A stretch of 64,000 nucleotides of DNA, from contig CAWGED010000006.1 in assembly GCA_963821525.1 (NCBI GenBank), positions 1 to 64,000 of the forward strand, written 5' to 3'. Positions 10,604-22,200 of this stretch are shown here, in pieces; the first letter of the stretch is position 1, and each line of letters starts with the position of its first letter. The position numbers and the translations under genes were made by a program. The notes under the pieces are model-generated. The model ran no database searches, was not told where the DNA came from, and was given only the letters and a program-made list of their open reading frames with translations. This stretch comes from an uncultured Gemmatimonadales bacterium. Lineage in GTDB: Bacteria; Gemmatimonadota; Gemmatimonadetes; Gemmatimonadales; GWC2-71-9.

Positions 10604-10757
10604 TCTCCCGCCTTTACCTCACCCCCTATCCCCCTCTCCGTGAGACGGAGAGGGGGAACGCCAGCGAGGAGCCCGTCCGCCGGTCCGCCCGCTTTTGTCC
10701 GCCGCTTTTGTCCGCCGCCTTTTGTCCGCCGCCGCCTTTGTCCGCCCCGTCCGCCGG
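10604..10757. repeat. Direct-repeat unit plus GTCCGCC simple repeats
   Basis: Near-identical to 9720-9808. Confidence 0.85.
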
Positions 10758-10874
10758 ATTACCCTAAAGTCCACTGTGGCCCCCCTGCGCCAGCCGGTAT
10801 AGTACCCCCCGTCCCCACACCTCTCCGGTGAAGGCCCGTACGACGACGCTGCACGGCGACCCATAAGCCCTCAG

Positions 10875-11120
10875 ATGCCAATACGAGACACGCTCCAGCG
10901 CGAAGTACTGCCGATCCCCGACCGTAAGCCGGCCGATCGCACCGACGACCTTCGACGCGAAGGATCCGGACACGAAGTACCCACCGATCCACCCGATCCG
11001 TCCGCCGCCAGGCGCACCGAACGTGCTGGTGGTGCTGATCGACGACGCTGGCTACGGATCATCCTCGGCGTTCGGTGGTCCGTGCCAGACACGTAACCCC
11101 AGTTGTCCCGGCGGCCTCTA
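10875..11120 (+). pseudogene. N-terminal remnant of an arylsulfatase
   Basis: REVLPIPDR..TTFDAKDPDTKYPPIHPIRPPPGAPNVLVVLIDDAGYGSSSAFGGPCQT across one frameshift, then truncated. Confidence 0.8.
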
Positions 11121-11247
11121 GTACCCGCCGATCCCGCCTGGGGACGCCGGATCCGTACGTGCCACCTAAGACGATTGCAGATTGAAAGATTGCAGATTGC
11201 TGATTGGCCATTGTGAGGCCCCCTTCGCGAGCGGGGCGAGGGTAATA

Positions 11248-11475
11248 CCTCATCCCGAGCGCAGCGAGGGACCTAGTCTCTCAGCCTAAACGCCAAGGCA
11301 GGCCGCCTCTTTTTCCCCGTCTCCCGTCTCCCGTCTTTCCGCCTTCCGTCTCCCGCCTTTGACCTCACCCCCTGTCCCCCTCTCCCTCGCGGGAGAGGGG
11401 GGACGCCAGCGAGGAGTCCGTCCGCCGGTCCGCCGCCTTTGTCCGCCGCCTTTTGTCCGCCCGTCCGCCCGTCCG
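11248..11475. repeat. Composite repeat cluster downstream of the ABC operon
   Basis: CCTCATCCCGAGCGCAGCGAGGGACCTAG, CCGTCTC heptamers and a third copy of the ~85 bp unit. Confidence 0.85.
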
Positions 11476-11476
11476 C

Positions 11477-12569
11477 TCACACCCTCTCCCCCGTCCCCCG
11501 ATCGAACAGGTGGAGCCGGTCGCGGCGGAACCAGATGCCGACGGCCGCACCCTCGGCCGGCGCGTCTTCAGGGGGAACCACCACCCGCAGCAACTCACCC
11601 TTCGAAGACCCGGCCAGTGTCAGGTGCAGTAACACCTCCCGGCCGAGCGGTTCCACTACCTCAACCTCACCGCGGGCGTCCGGAACACCCTGATCGGGGG
11701 CATCGAGCCGGATGTCGGAAGGGCGCACGCCGAGCCACAGGTCGGATTCGGGTGCGGCCGGCGGGGACTTGCAGCTGGTTCAGAGAAATGCCCGGTCCCT
11801 CGATGCGAATGGCACCGGCATCTCGCCGCAGCGTAGCCGGCAACAGGTTCATCGCGGGTGAACCGACAAACTCGGCGACGAATCGGTTGGTCGGCCGGTG
11901 GTAAATCTCCAGCGGCGGTGCCACCTGTTGCAGTCGTCCCTCGTGCATGACCGCCACTCGGTCGCCCAAGGTCATGGCCTCTTCCTGATCGTGAGTGACA
12001 TACAGCATGGTCGCGCCGAGGCGCCGGTGCATCCGGGCCAATTCGGCGCGGGTCTCGACCCGGAGCCTGGCATCGAGGTTGGATAGCGGCTCATCGAGCA
12101 GGAAGGCCTGGGGCTCGCGGATCACGGCGCGGCCGAGGGCGACCCGCTGGCGCTGTCCACCAGAGAGTTGGCTCGGCTTCTGATCGAGAAGCGTGGCCAG
12201 GCCCAGAGTCTCCGCCACCCGTTGTACTCGTTGAGCGATCACAGCCTTCTCGATCCCGCGCATCCGCAGCGGAAAGGCGAGGTTCTCGGCCACGGTCATG
12301 TGGGGGTACAGCGCGTAGCTCTGGAACACCATCGCGAGGTCCCGTTCCTGCGCCGGCAGCTCGGTCACTTCGCGATCGCCGATCCAGACCCGCCCCGCGG
12401 TCGGGGTTTCGAGGCCCGCTACGACCCTGAGCGTCGTGCTCTTGCCGCAGCCTGACGGTCCTACCAGCACCACGAACTCCCCGTCGGCGACCGTCAGATC
12501 CACGCCGCGGATCGCCGCGTGACCACCGGTGTAGACCTTCTCGATCCCTTCGAGGCGAATCTGGGCCAC
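11477..12569 (-). CDS. Sugar ABC transporter ATP-binding subunit (MalK/SugC type; frameshift ~11740)
   Basis: GPSGCGKST, LSGGQRQRVA, LLDEPLSNLDA; TOBE-like tail VVEPLGRE..LHLFD. Confidence 0.93.
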
Positions 12570-12572
12570 GGC

Positions 12573-13390
12573 TCAGCCCTTCACCGCGCCGGCGGTGAGG
12601 CCCTGCACGATCCGTCGCTGAAACGCCAGAACCAGGAGCGCCACCGGGATGGTCGCCACCACGGCGGCGGCGAGGATCTGTCCCCACGGGACCTGGTACT
12701 GGCCGCGAAACAGAGCGATGGCGACCGGCACCGTCTGGCGCTCCGGCCCCAGCGTGAAGGAGAGGGCGAACAGGAACTCGTTCCAGCAATACACCAGGGT
12801 GAGAATCGCGGTGGTGGCGATGCCGGGCAGCGAAAGCGGCAGAGTCACTTCCCAGAAGGTCCGCAGCCGCCCCGCGCCGTCCATCTGCGCGGCCGCTTCC
12901 AACTCGACCGGCAACTGGCGGAAGAATCCAACCAGCAGCCACACCGTGAGCGGCATGGCGAAGGTGAGATAGGGGAGAATCAGCCCGGGATACGTGTTGA
13001 TCAGACCCAGCTCCCGCAACAGCAGATAGAGCGGGGAAATGATGGCAATCTGGGGGAACATGGTCACGGCGAGGATGAAACCGAGGATCGCGGTCTTGCC
13101 GCGGAACTCGAGCCGGGCGATGGCATAGGCGCACAGCGAACCCAGGGTCACGCAGAGCAGCGTGGTGCTGCCGGCCACCACGAGGGAATTCCGGATCGGC
13201 ATCCAGAAGTCTCGTTGGTCGAACAGCGCCCGATAGTGATCGAGGACCAGCTGACGGGGCAGGAGGGACGGCGCCTGGAACAGGCGGGATTCCGGCGTCA
13301 GCGAGGAAACCACCGCCCAATAGAAAGGAAAGGCGAAGGCCAGGAGCAGGAGCCCGATGCCGAGTCCCCAGACAGGGTGCGCCGGCTCAT
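12573..13390 (-). CDS. Carbohydrate ABC permease (MalG/SugB type)
   Basis: ELEAAAQMDGA EAA loop, WNEFLFAL, GLTAGAVKG; ATG overlaps the upstream stop, small frameshift near the start. Confidence 0.92.
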
Positions 13391-14280
13391 TCGGTCGCCC
13401 TGGTGAGCCCGGCACCCAGCCACCGGATGTAGGCCATTGCGAGTCCGAAGGTGATCAGAAAGATGATCACCGACAGCGCCGACCCATACCCGAACCGCAG
13501 GTTCTGCAGCAGGGAGCTGAAAGTGTAGAGGGCGATCGGCTCGGTCGTGGTGCCGGGCCCGCCTCCCGTCATGACGTAGACCAGATCGAACACGCGGAAT
13601 GCATCGAGGGTGCGAAAGATCAGGGCGACGAGCATCGCGGGCTGCAGCAGCGGCAGGGTGATGTGGCGGAACCGGTGCCACGCGCCTGCTCCGTCCATCC
13701 GCGCCGCTTCGTACAGCGCGGCATCGATATTCTGCAAACCGGCCAGCAGGAGCAGGGCGACGAATGGGGTCGTCTTCCACACATCGGCCAGGATGAGGGG
13801 GATCCAGGCCGCGGTGGCGTGGGTGAACCAGACGAGCGGTGTGCGGAGCAGGCCCGCGTCCACCAGGATCACGTTCGCGATACCGGCCTGTCCGTCGAAC
13901 ATGAAGCGCCACAACAAGGCCGCCACTACGGTGGGGATGGCCCAGGGCACCAGCACCAGCGCCCGAACCAGGCCGCGTCCCCGGTAGACCTGGTTCAGGG
14001 CCAGGGCGAAGATCGTCCCGATCACCAGTTCCGGAATGACGCTTCCGATCGCGAAGACGGCGGTGTGCGCCAACGCCTCCCAGAACCGCGAGGTCCGCAG
14101 CAGCTCGGCGTAGTTGTCCAGGCCGACGAAGGGCCGGCCGAGCCACGGCATCCGCAGGTCGTGGAGGTGGAGAGATTCCCAGACGGTCCAGAGCAGCGGG
14201 AAGAGGGCGATGAGTGCGATCACCAGAAGGGTCGGGGCCGTGAGCCCGAGGGCGAGACGCGCCTCCTGCTTATTGGACAT
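13387..14280 (-). CDS. Carbohydrate ABC permease (MalF/SugA type)
   Basis: FVGLDNY, WKTTPF, LYEAARMDGA, TGGGPG. Confidence 0.94.
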   Translation of the reverse strand: MSNKQEARLALGLTAPTLLVIALIALFPLLWTVWESLHLHDLRMPWLGRPFVGLDNYAELLRTSRFWEALAHTAVFAIGSVIPELVIGTIFALALNQVYRGRGLVRALVLVPWAIPTVVAALLWRFMFDGQAGIANVILVDAGLLRTPLVWFTHATAAWIPLILADVWKTTPFVALLLLAGLQNIDAALYEAARMDGAGAWHRFRHITLPLLQPAMLVALIFRTLDAFRVFDLVYVMTGGGPGTTTEPIALYTFSSLLQNLRFGYGSALSVIIFLITFGLAMAYIRWLGAGLTRATE

Positions 14281-15591
14281 GAGCGGTCTCCGGCCCGAGC
14301 CCGACTCGGGTGAGCAGCTCCCGCATCTCCCGGGCGGCGCGATGCAACGCGTCGGCGGGATCGGTCTGCCCGGTGAGGGCGCGGTGCAGCCAGATCTGGA
14401 GAATCTCCGACAGCTCGGTATAGACCGGGGTCACCGGCCGAGGGATGGCGCGCTCTATCAGGGCCCGTACCTGTTCCGGTGGAATCGCGAGGGCCCGGGG
14501 AAGCGTCGAATCACCATAGACCTCGGGCCGGGTGGGGTACTGCCCCGCGATCGCCGCACGCTCGAGCATCTGGGCCGGTGCGGTGAGATAGGCAATTAAG
14601 GCATAGGCCAGATCGGGATGGCGGGTGTGCGCGTTGATCGCGAGCTGCGCACCGCCGAGTGCCGCGGTAGGGGCGCCGCCCGGGCCCGCGGGCATCGGGG
14701 CTACCGCGAACCGGCCAGCGATCCGGGACTGGCTCGAGTCTTCCATTAGTGGGAAGGCATAGGGCCAGTTCCGCATGAACACCGCGCTGCCGTTCTGGAA
14801 GGCGAACCGCACCTGCTCCTCCTGCCATGCCAGGACCGCTGGGGGAGATATGCGAGTGGCCTGGAGGGCATCCCGCAGAAAGGTGAGCGCCCGCACGCCG
14901 GGCTCGGCATCGACCGTCACTCGGCCCGACGAATCGAGAATGGCACCGCCGAAGCCGCCCAGTACTTCGAGAAAGACCGTCACCAACCCCTCGTACCTGG
15001 CACCCTGCCAGACGAACCCCATGGTGACGCCATGGGCTTCGCCCACGGTCTCCGCCTGACGGACCAGCTCGTCGAGTGACGCCGGCGGATGGGGCAGCAG
15101 GTCGGTGCGCCAGTAGAGCATCCCCACGTCCACGAACCAGGGCAGGGCGTAGAGCCGGCCGTCCCAGGTGTTCGCCCGGATGGTGGCGGGGAAGAAGCTG
15201 TCAACCGGAGGGCGAAAGCGATCCAGCGGCAGGATCCAGCCCGCGGCGGCGAACTCCGGAGTCCAGATCACGTCGAGCTGGAGGATGTCCGGCTCCGGGG
15301 CGCGCGCATTCAGCCACTGCACGTAGAGCTGGTGGCGCTGGTCCGCCGCGTCGGGCGTGGCTCGCTGCACCACGGTGACGCCCGGATGGCTCGCCTCGAA
15401 CCGCGCGATCTGCCGGCGTAGCACCGTTGCCTCGGCGCCGACGGCACTCGCGGGGAAGGTGATGACGGTGCCGGTGGAAGCGGAGTGGGTGCAGGCGAGG
15501 GCTAGGAGGAGGAGGACACCTAACCCCCGTCCCCGGCCCCCTCGCTTCGCTCGGGGCGACTTCGTCGCCTATTGGGAAGGGGGGACGGCAT
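14270..15591 (-). CDS. Sugar-binding lipoprotein (trehalose/maltose-binding type); start reconstructed
   Basis: DILQLDVIWTPEFA, YEGLV, FMRNWPY, RPVTPVY; in-frame upstream lipobox VLLLLALAC; ATG at 15591 needs one base restored. Confidence 0.88.
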
Positions 15592-15610
15592 CCGACTAGT
15601 CCGTTGTCGT

Positions 15611-15936
15611 TCCGGCCGAAGGCCGCATCCATTCTACCCCGGCGGCTGTCACCCTGAGCGCAGCGAAGGGGCCGAAGGGGTAGCTGCAGTACAAGCGCTT
15701 GGCTTGCTGCCGGTGAGGCCGGTATCGCGCGATTGGTCGAATGCCTCCAAGCCCAGAATGGGCGCCGAATCGGAATCCCGAAATCGTTCTTCGAGAGCGC
15801 CTCTCCGTCGCTTCGCCCGGCTTGCGTACTCATCCGTCCTTCCGGCCGCCTCGGGCCTACGGCCCCTTCGCTTCGCTCAGGGCAGGCTCTCAGCGTGACG
15901 GCGGCCTTAGAAGAGAGGTGCGGCCTTCGGCCGGGA
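15611..15936. mobile_element. MITE/REPIN-like element: inverted terminal repeats around ~170 bp of cargo
   Basis: CCGGCCGAAGGCCGCA..GTCACCCTGAG at the left end and CTCAGCGTGAC..TGCGGCCTTCGGCCGG at the right end. Confidence 0.6.
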
Positions 15937-16044
15937 CCGCCCTGTCCGCCTTGTCCGCGTCCGCCTGTCCGCCGTGCCCGCCCCGTCCACCCCCCGTCCG
16001 CCGCCTTTGTCCGCCGCTCTTGTCCGCCGCTTTCGTCCGCCCCT

Positions 16045-16721
16045 CTACGGAGGCGTCGAGCTCAGATACTCCCGATACACATACCCCACCGGCCGGCCAT
16101 CGATCAGGACCCGGTACCACTGCTGCTCTCAGGGAGTCGACCAGGACCGGTTCACCGGGCTTCAAGACCCGAACGAGCGAAGCGTCGGGACGGCGACCCG
16201 ATCGCACGTTGACCCACACCTTGGCCTAGCGCTGCAACAATTCGTTGCCCGGAGGCGGGGCGGGGGATGGAGCCGACGGGGCAGGGGCGAGTGGTGTCGA
16301 CCCGCGAGACGGGTGGTTTGGCGGCTGGTGGTTTTACGACCGGTGGAGCTGGTGTGACTGGGCGAGCGGTGTCGGTGCTGGGAGCGGGTGCCACCGGGCG
16401 AGCGCTGTCAGCGAGCTTGGTGGACTTTTCGGCGGCTGGCTGGGATGGCTTTGACGGCGCCGAGTCGACGGGTGCAGCCGGTGGTGGGGTCAAACCTTCC
16501 TTCGAACCGGCTCGGTACAAGACTACCGCAATTCCCACGAGCACAACGACCACAGCCAACAGAACCCCGGCGACCTGCAGCCGCCGCCGCAGCCTGGGGA
16601 CTTCCTCTTCAACGACGGGGTGCTTGGGATGCTCCGCCGTGAAGTCGAGACCGCAATGAGGGCATTGGGTCGCGACGCTCAGGGCTCTGTGGCCGCACTT
16701 GGGGCACTCGACGTAGGACAT
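16045..16721 (-). CDS. Membrane-anchored protein: double zinc ribbon, TM, Pro-rich linker, SH3b-like domain (frameshifts)
   Basis: CPKC..CPHC; VLLAVVVVLVGIAVVL; WVNVRSG..VRVLKPGEPVLVD..WYRV..GYVY. Confidence 0.7.
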
Positions 16722-16834
16722 GCCGGATGGTCTTGGGGTCGAAAGTCTAAGGTCTAAGGTCTCGAAGCGTGGTCCTGAAGGAAAATAGTCGGCGGAAGGG
16801 GGTTGGACCCAAAATACGGACAGGCGGAGCCGCA

Positions 16835-16970
16835 GTCATTGCGAGGCGCCCTGAGCGAGCGAGGGGGCCGAAGCAATCTCACCCGCTAGAGGAGGCACCG
16901 TCTCATTTTCCGGTCCGCTTTGTCCGCCGGTCCGCTGTCGGCCCGTCCGCCGGTCCGCCCCTCCGCCGGT
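16835..16970. repeat. GTCATTGCGAG..GAAGCAATCTC REP-like unit plus GTCCGCC repeats
   Basis: The same unit appears inverted at ~37297-37346. Confidence 0.8.
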
Positions 16971-17009
16971 CTGGTGCGAAGCCTGCCCGGCCGGCATCTT
17001 ATTGCAGAA

Positions 17010-17939
17010 ATGCCCCCCACATCCAACGAGCTTGACACGCGACTACGGTAGCCGCGTTCGAGGCCCTCCGCCGGCTGACTGAGCCTACGGGGGAACCGTC
17101 ATGCGGGATCAGATGAAGGCGGGGTTCCGGTTTGAGGGTGAACGAATCCCTTTGTGTTGCGGGACCAGAGGCAATCTGGAAGCCTGGCCTACTCGGTCGT
17201 AGCGGGGCGGCCTTTCCATTACTACCGCTTCGATCCGACGCGGTGTCACACCCCGGTACGATGATCAGATAACGTACGACCATGGCTGGTTCGAGTACCG
17301 GTACCAGGGAGACGACACCTCGGCTCCCGATAATGTCGCGTTGCGGCGGGCGCTCGAGAATGGTCGGCCGCTGATCTACTCTGACCGGGTGGGCCCAGGG
17401 AAGTACGAGGCGATCTACCCGGTCTACGTGGTAGGAGACGAGCCGGCTCGCCTCACCTTCAAAGTTGCGGCCGATACGACGGGTTTGGGTGAGTCGAGGC
17501 TACTGAATGGTGGAGCTGAGCCGCTCCTTAAGGCCTATGCGACCGCGGTGGCTAAACGCCGGCTGCATCAACACCGATTCCGAGAGCTGGTGGTCGCAGC
17601 CTATCGGGAGAGTTGCGCTGTGTGCCGGCTTCGGCATCCGGAGTCGCTCGATGCCGCGCACATCCTGGAGGACCGAGATGAGCGGGGGAACCCGGAGGTG
17701 CCTAACGGTCTGGCCCTCTGCCGAATTCATCATGGGGCGTTCGATACCAACATCCTTGGCATCAGCCCCGAATATGAGATTCACATTAGGAGCGACATTC
17801 TCGAGGAGAAGGACGGACCGATGCTGAAACATGGGCTTCAGGCCATGGACGGGAAGCTGATCCAGGTGCCGGAAGTGCTGACCTCAAGCCGCGCAAGGAG
17901 TATCTCGGGGAGCGGTTTGAGAGGTTCAGAGCAGCGTGA
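17010..17939 (+). CDS. HNH endonuclease with SRA-like N-terminal domain (frameshifted)
   Basis: IWKP..FEYRYQGDD..DNVALRRA..YEAIYPVYVV; RLHQHRFR, CAVC, LDAAHI, NGLALCRIHHGAFD. Confidence 0.82.
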
Positions 17940-18858
17940 AGGCCTTCGTTGCCGTCACGGACAACGATTGGTTCGACTTTCTACGCCGGCACCGTGAGTT
18001 AACCGAGATCAACTTCTGGCAGCCCGGTGGCGGGCGGCACTTTCGTGCCCTTGCGCCAGGCCAACCGCTTCTATTCAAGCTCCACTATCCACAGAACTTC
18101 ATCGTAGGCGGTGGGTTCTTCGCTGCTTTCTCGCTCATTCCGTTGAGTCTGGCATGGGACACATTCGGGATTCAGAACGGAGTGCCGAACCTCGAAGAAC
18201 TTCGCCGGCGCACGGCAAGGCTGCGTCACCAAGAACTGGATCCAAGGCGAGACTACGAGATCGGCTGCATTATTCTCGAGGACCCGTTCTTTCTTGACGA
18301 AGCATATTGGGTCCCTGCACCGGCGGATTTTTCCAAGAACGTCGTCGTGGGGAAGGGTTACGACCTGAGGACGCCTGCCGGCAAGGCCCTCTGGGACAGC
18401 GTTCTGGCGGCGAGGGGGCTGGCAGGACCACCGAGCTGCAGACGCGGGTTCAGGTCCAGTGTATGGCGAACCAACTGTCTTCCGGCCCCAGGCTCGGCCA
18501 GGGAGCATTCCGCATTGTGGTGACCGACGTCTACGATCGACATTGTGCCGTGACCGGAGAGAAGACACTTCCCGTGCTCGACGCGGCCCACATCCGACCG
18601 GTCGCCAACGGTGGGGTCCACCGTATTGACAACGGACTACTCCTCCGGTCGGACGTCCATACTCTCTTCGACCGAGGATACGTTACCATCACACCGGATC
18701 ATAGGTTTCGGGTAAGTGCGCGACTCAGAGCCGACTGGGATAACGGCAAGCCATACTATGAACTGAATGGCAACAGAATCTGGGTACCCGGTTCCGAGTC
18801 CGAGCGACCGGAGAGGGAGGTGCTCCAGTGGCACGCCGACACGATCTTTCTGGGATGA
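17936..18858 (+). CDS. HNH endonuclease with PUA/EVE-like N-terminal domain (frameshift ~18450)
   Basis: VAVTDNDWF..INFWQPG..LFKLH..IVGGGFF; RLGQGAFR, CAVTG, LDAAHI, NGLLLRSDVHTLFD. Confidence 0.85.
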
Positions 18859-19244
18859 CATCTGACGCCACTCCAGCTCCAGATCGGCTCGACTCCCTCA
18901 TCGCCGAGCTCCGGGCCTTCGTGTGCGAGCGAGACTGGGAGCAGTTCCACGACCCGAAGAACCTGGCAATGTGCTTGGCCTCAGAGGCGGGAGAGCTACT
19001 TGCTGAATACCGATGGGTGAAGGCCGATGCTTCCGATGCACTCTCCGGTGACCAGGAACGCATGGAGCGAGTCCGGAAGGAACTGGGAGACGTGGCGATA
19101 GCGCTTCTTCTACTTTGCGATCGCCTGGGCCTAGATCTGGTCAACATGGCAAGAGACAAACTCGCGCTCAATGCGCTGAAGTACCCGGTGGGACTCGCAA
19201 AGGGTCGGGCTGATCCGCCCTTGGAGACTAAGATCATCCCCTGA
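18855..19244 (+). CDS. MazG-like nucleotide pyrophosphohydrolase (DCTPP1/RS21-C6 type)
   Basis: ERDWEQFHDPKNLA..EAGEL..ELGDV..KLALNALKYP; ATGA overlap. Confidence 0.88.
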   Translation: MTSDATPAPDRLDSLIAELRAFVCERDWEQFHDPKNLAMCLASEAGELLAEYRWVKADASDALSGDQERMERVRKELGDVAIALLLLCDRLGLDLVNMARDKLALNALKYPVGLAKGRADPPLETKIIP

Positions 19245-19261
19245 GAGATCCAGAGGGCTCA

Positions 19262-22200
19262 TTGCCGAAGCGTTCTAGTTCCACGGGTAGCGAGCTCTTC
19301 ATCGTCGACAACAGCGACTCGGGCTGGACGGCCTCCGCTATCTCGCAGGAGTGGTGCCGAGCATCGCGAAGGCGTTCGACATCGCCACCGGCTACTTCGA
19401 GATCGGCGCGCTGCTGGCGCTCGACGGCGAAGTGGCAGAAGCTCGACAAGATCCGGATCCTGATGGGCGCCGAGGTGACGCACCGCACGCAGAAGGCGCT
19501 TCTCGAGGCAGTGCGCTGCACGAGCCGAGCGACGCCTCGACGAGAGCCTCGAGGCCGAGAAGGACGACGAACCCGTTCCTCGACGGCGTGCCGGCGATCG
19601 TCGAGGCGCTCCGGTCGGGCAAGATCGAGTGCCGCGTCTACGACAAGGACAAGTTCCACGCCAAGGCGTACATCACGCACGCCAAGCTGGAGGTCGTCGG
19701 CTCGCAGGCGCTGGTCGGCTCCAGCAACTTCACCGCGCCCGGGCCTGACCGAGAACATCGAGCTCAACATCCAGATCCAGAGCGCGCGCGAGGTCGCGCA
19801 GCTCCAGGAGTGGTACGAGGAGCACTGGAACGAGGCCGAGGACGTCACCGACGGACGATCCTCGAGACGATCGAGCGGCACATCGCGACGTACACGCCGT
19901 TCGATGTCTACGCGAAGGCGCTCCAGGAGTTCTTCCGCGGCCACGAGCTGACGGCGACCGAGTGGGACGAGACCCGCTCGAAGATGTTCCCCGAGCTCGA
20001 CCGCTATCAGAAGGAGGCGTACTGGGCGCTGATGAAGATCGCCCGCCAGCACGGCGGCGCGTTCCTCTGCGACGGCGTCGGTCTCGGCAAGACCTTCGTC
20101 GGCCTGATGCTGATCGAGCGGCTCGTCCTGCACGAGGGCAAGCGCGTCGTGCTGTTCGCGCCGAAGGCGGCCAAGGAGGGCGTCTGGGAGCCGCACCTGC
20201 GCGAGTGGCTGCCGCACATCGGCGGCGTCGGCGGCGGCGCGGACTTCAGCAACCTCGCCGTCTTCAGCCACACCGACCTCGGCCGCAAGGGCGACTTCCC
20301 GGAGCGCTTCCGACGCATCGCCGAGCTCGCCGACGTCGTGATCATCGACGAGGCCACCACTTCCGCAATCCCGGGCGACGGGGCGACGACGACGGACAGG
20401 ATCGAGCCGTCGCGCTACTACCGGCTCTACGACCTGCTCGACAACGCGGTGCGCCCGAAGACGCTCTTCATGCTCACGGCCACGCCGATCAACAACCGGC
20501 TGAGCGACTTCCGCCACATGGCCGAGCTGTTCACGCGGCGCGACGAGGCCTACTTCGCCCGCACGCTCGGCGTCAACAACCTGCGCGCGCACTTCAACAA
20601 CATGGAGAAGGCGCTGCGCAGCGCGGTCGGGCACGACGTCGACCGACGTCGCCGAGCACATGGCCGAGGCGCAGGAGATCCTGGCGACGACGAGATCTTC
20701 CAGCAGCTCGTCGTCCAGCGCAGCCGGGCCTACGCGCGCGAGAGCCAGATCCGCGAGACCGGCAAGGCCGCCGTCTTCCCGGAGCGCAAGCCGCCGCAGG
20801 TCGCCGAGTACTCGATCCGCAAGACCTACGGCCGGCTGCTCGACATGTTCGAGAAGGCCTTCACACGCAAGAACCCGCTCTTCACGCTTGCCGATGTACT
20901 ACCCGCTGGCCTGGTACAAGGGGCCGGACAAGAGCATCGACCCGTTCGAGGAGAACCGGCAGAAGCAGGTCGTCGGCCTGATCCGGACCAACTTCCTCAA
21001 GCGCTTCGAGAGTTCCGTCGCCGCATTCGAGCTCTCCTGCGACCGCCTGCTGCAGAAGCTGCTGGCCTTCCTCGAGGTCCACAGCGAGACCGACGCCGAG
21101 AAGAAGCGGCTGGAGCGCTGGAAGACCCAGAACGCCGAGATCCTCGGCTACGCACGCAAGCGCCAGCTCGAGCTCTGGGGCGAGGACGGCGACGAGCCGA
21201 GGACGAGGACATCGTCCCGCAGGAGATGCTCGACGCCGTCGAGCGCCTCGACCGCGAGGAGTACGACGTCGACGAGATGATGACCGAGACCTTCCTCGAC
21301 CTCGACCAGATCGTGCACTTCCTCGACGAGGCCCGGAAGTTCGAGCCGAAGCACGACGACAAGCTGCAGAAGCTGATCCGGCTGCTCAAGTCCAAGGAGC
21401 TCGCCGGCCAGAAGGTGCTGATCTTCACCGAGTTCGCCGACACCGCCCGCTACCTGCAAGCGCCAGCTCGACGAGGCCGGCATCGACGGCGTCGCGCAGG
21501 TCGACAGCGCCACCAAGGGCAACCGCGCCGACGTCATCCAGCGCTTCTCGCCCTACTACAACGGCACGTCCTCGGCCGACGCTCGCCGCGAAGGGCACGC
21601 ACGGAGATCCGCGTCCTGATCTCGACCGACGTCCTCTCCGAAGGCCTGAACCTCCAGGACGCCTCGCGGCTGATCAACTACGACATCCACTGGAACCCCG
21701 TGCGCCTGATGCAGCGCATCGGCCGCGTGGACCGGCGCATGAACCCGGAGGTCGAGAAGCGGCTCGTCGCCGACCATCCGGAGGTCGCGTCGTCCGCGGC
21801 AAGGTGAGCTTCTGGAACTTCCTGCCGCCCGACGAGCTGAACGCGATCCTCACGCTCTACACCAAGGTCACGCAGAAGACCCTGCTCATCTCGAAGACGC
21901 TCGGCATCGAGGGCAAGAAGCTGCTGACGCCCGAGGACGACTACGAGGCGCTCAAGGAGTTCAACCACGCCTACGAGGGCACGAAGACCGCGGTCGAGGA
22001 CATGCACCTCGAGTACCAGGCGCTGCTGCAGGCCGACCCGGAGCTCGAGGCGCGCCTCAAGCGGCTTGCCCGGCGCCATCTTCAGCGGCCGCAAGCGCCC
22101 GGCGAAGGGCGTCCGCGGCGTGTTCTTCTGCTACGCGCTCCCGGCGCTCGACAAGGAGGCGGGCGAGTTCACCGAGGAGGCCGGCACCACCCGCTGGTAC

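Noticed and set aside
15572..16357. ORFs over repeat clusters (PERSEG, SLRSG, PPLLSAA peptides)
   Set aside because: They are translations of REP-like and simple repeats and recur at every repeat cluster
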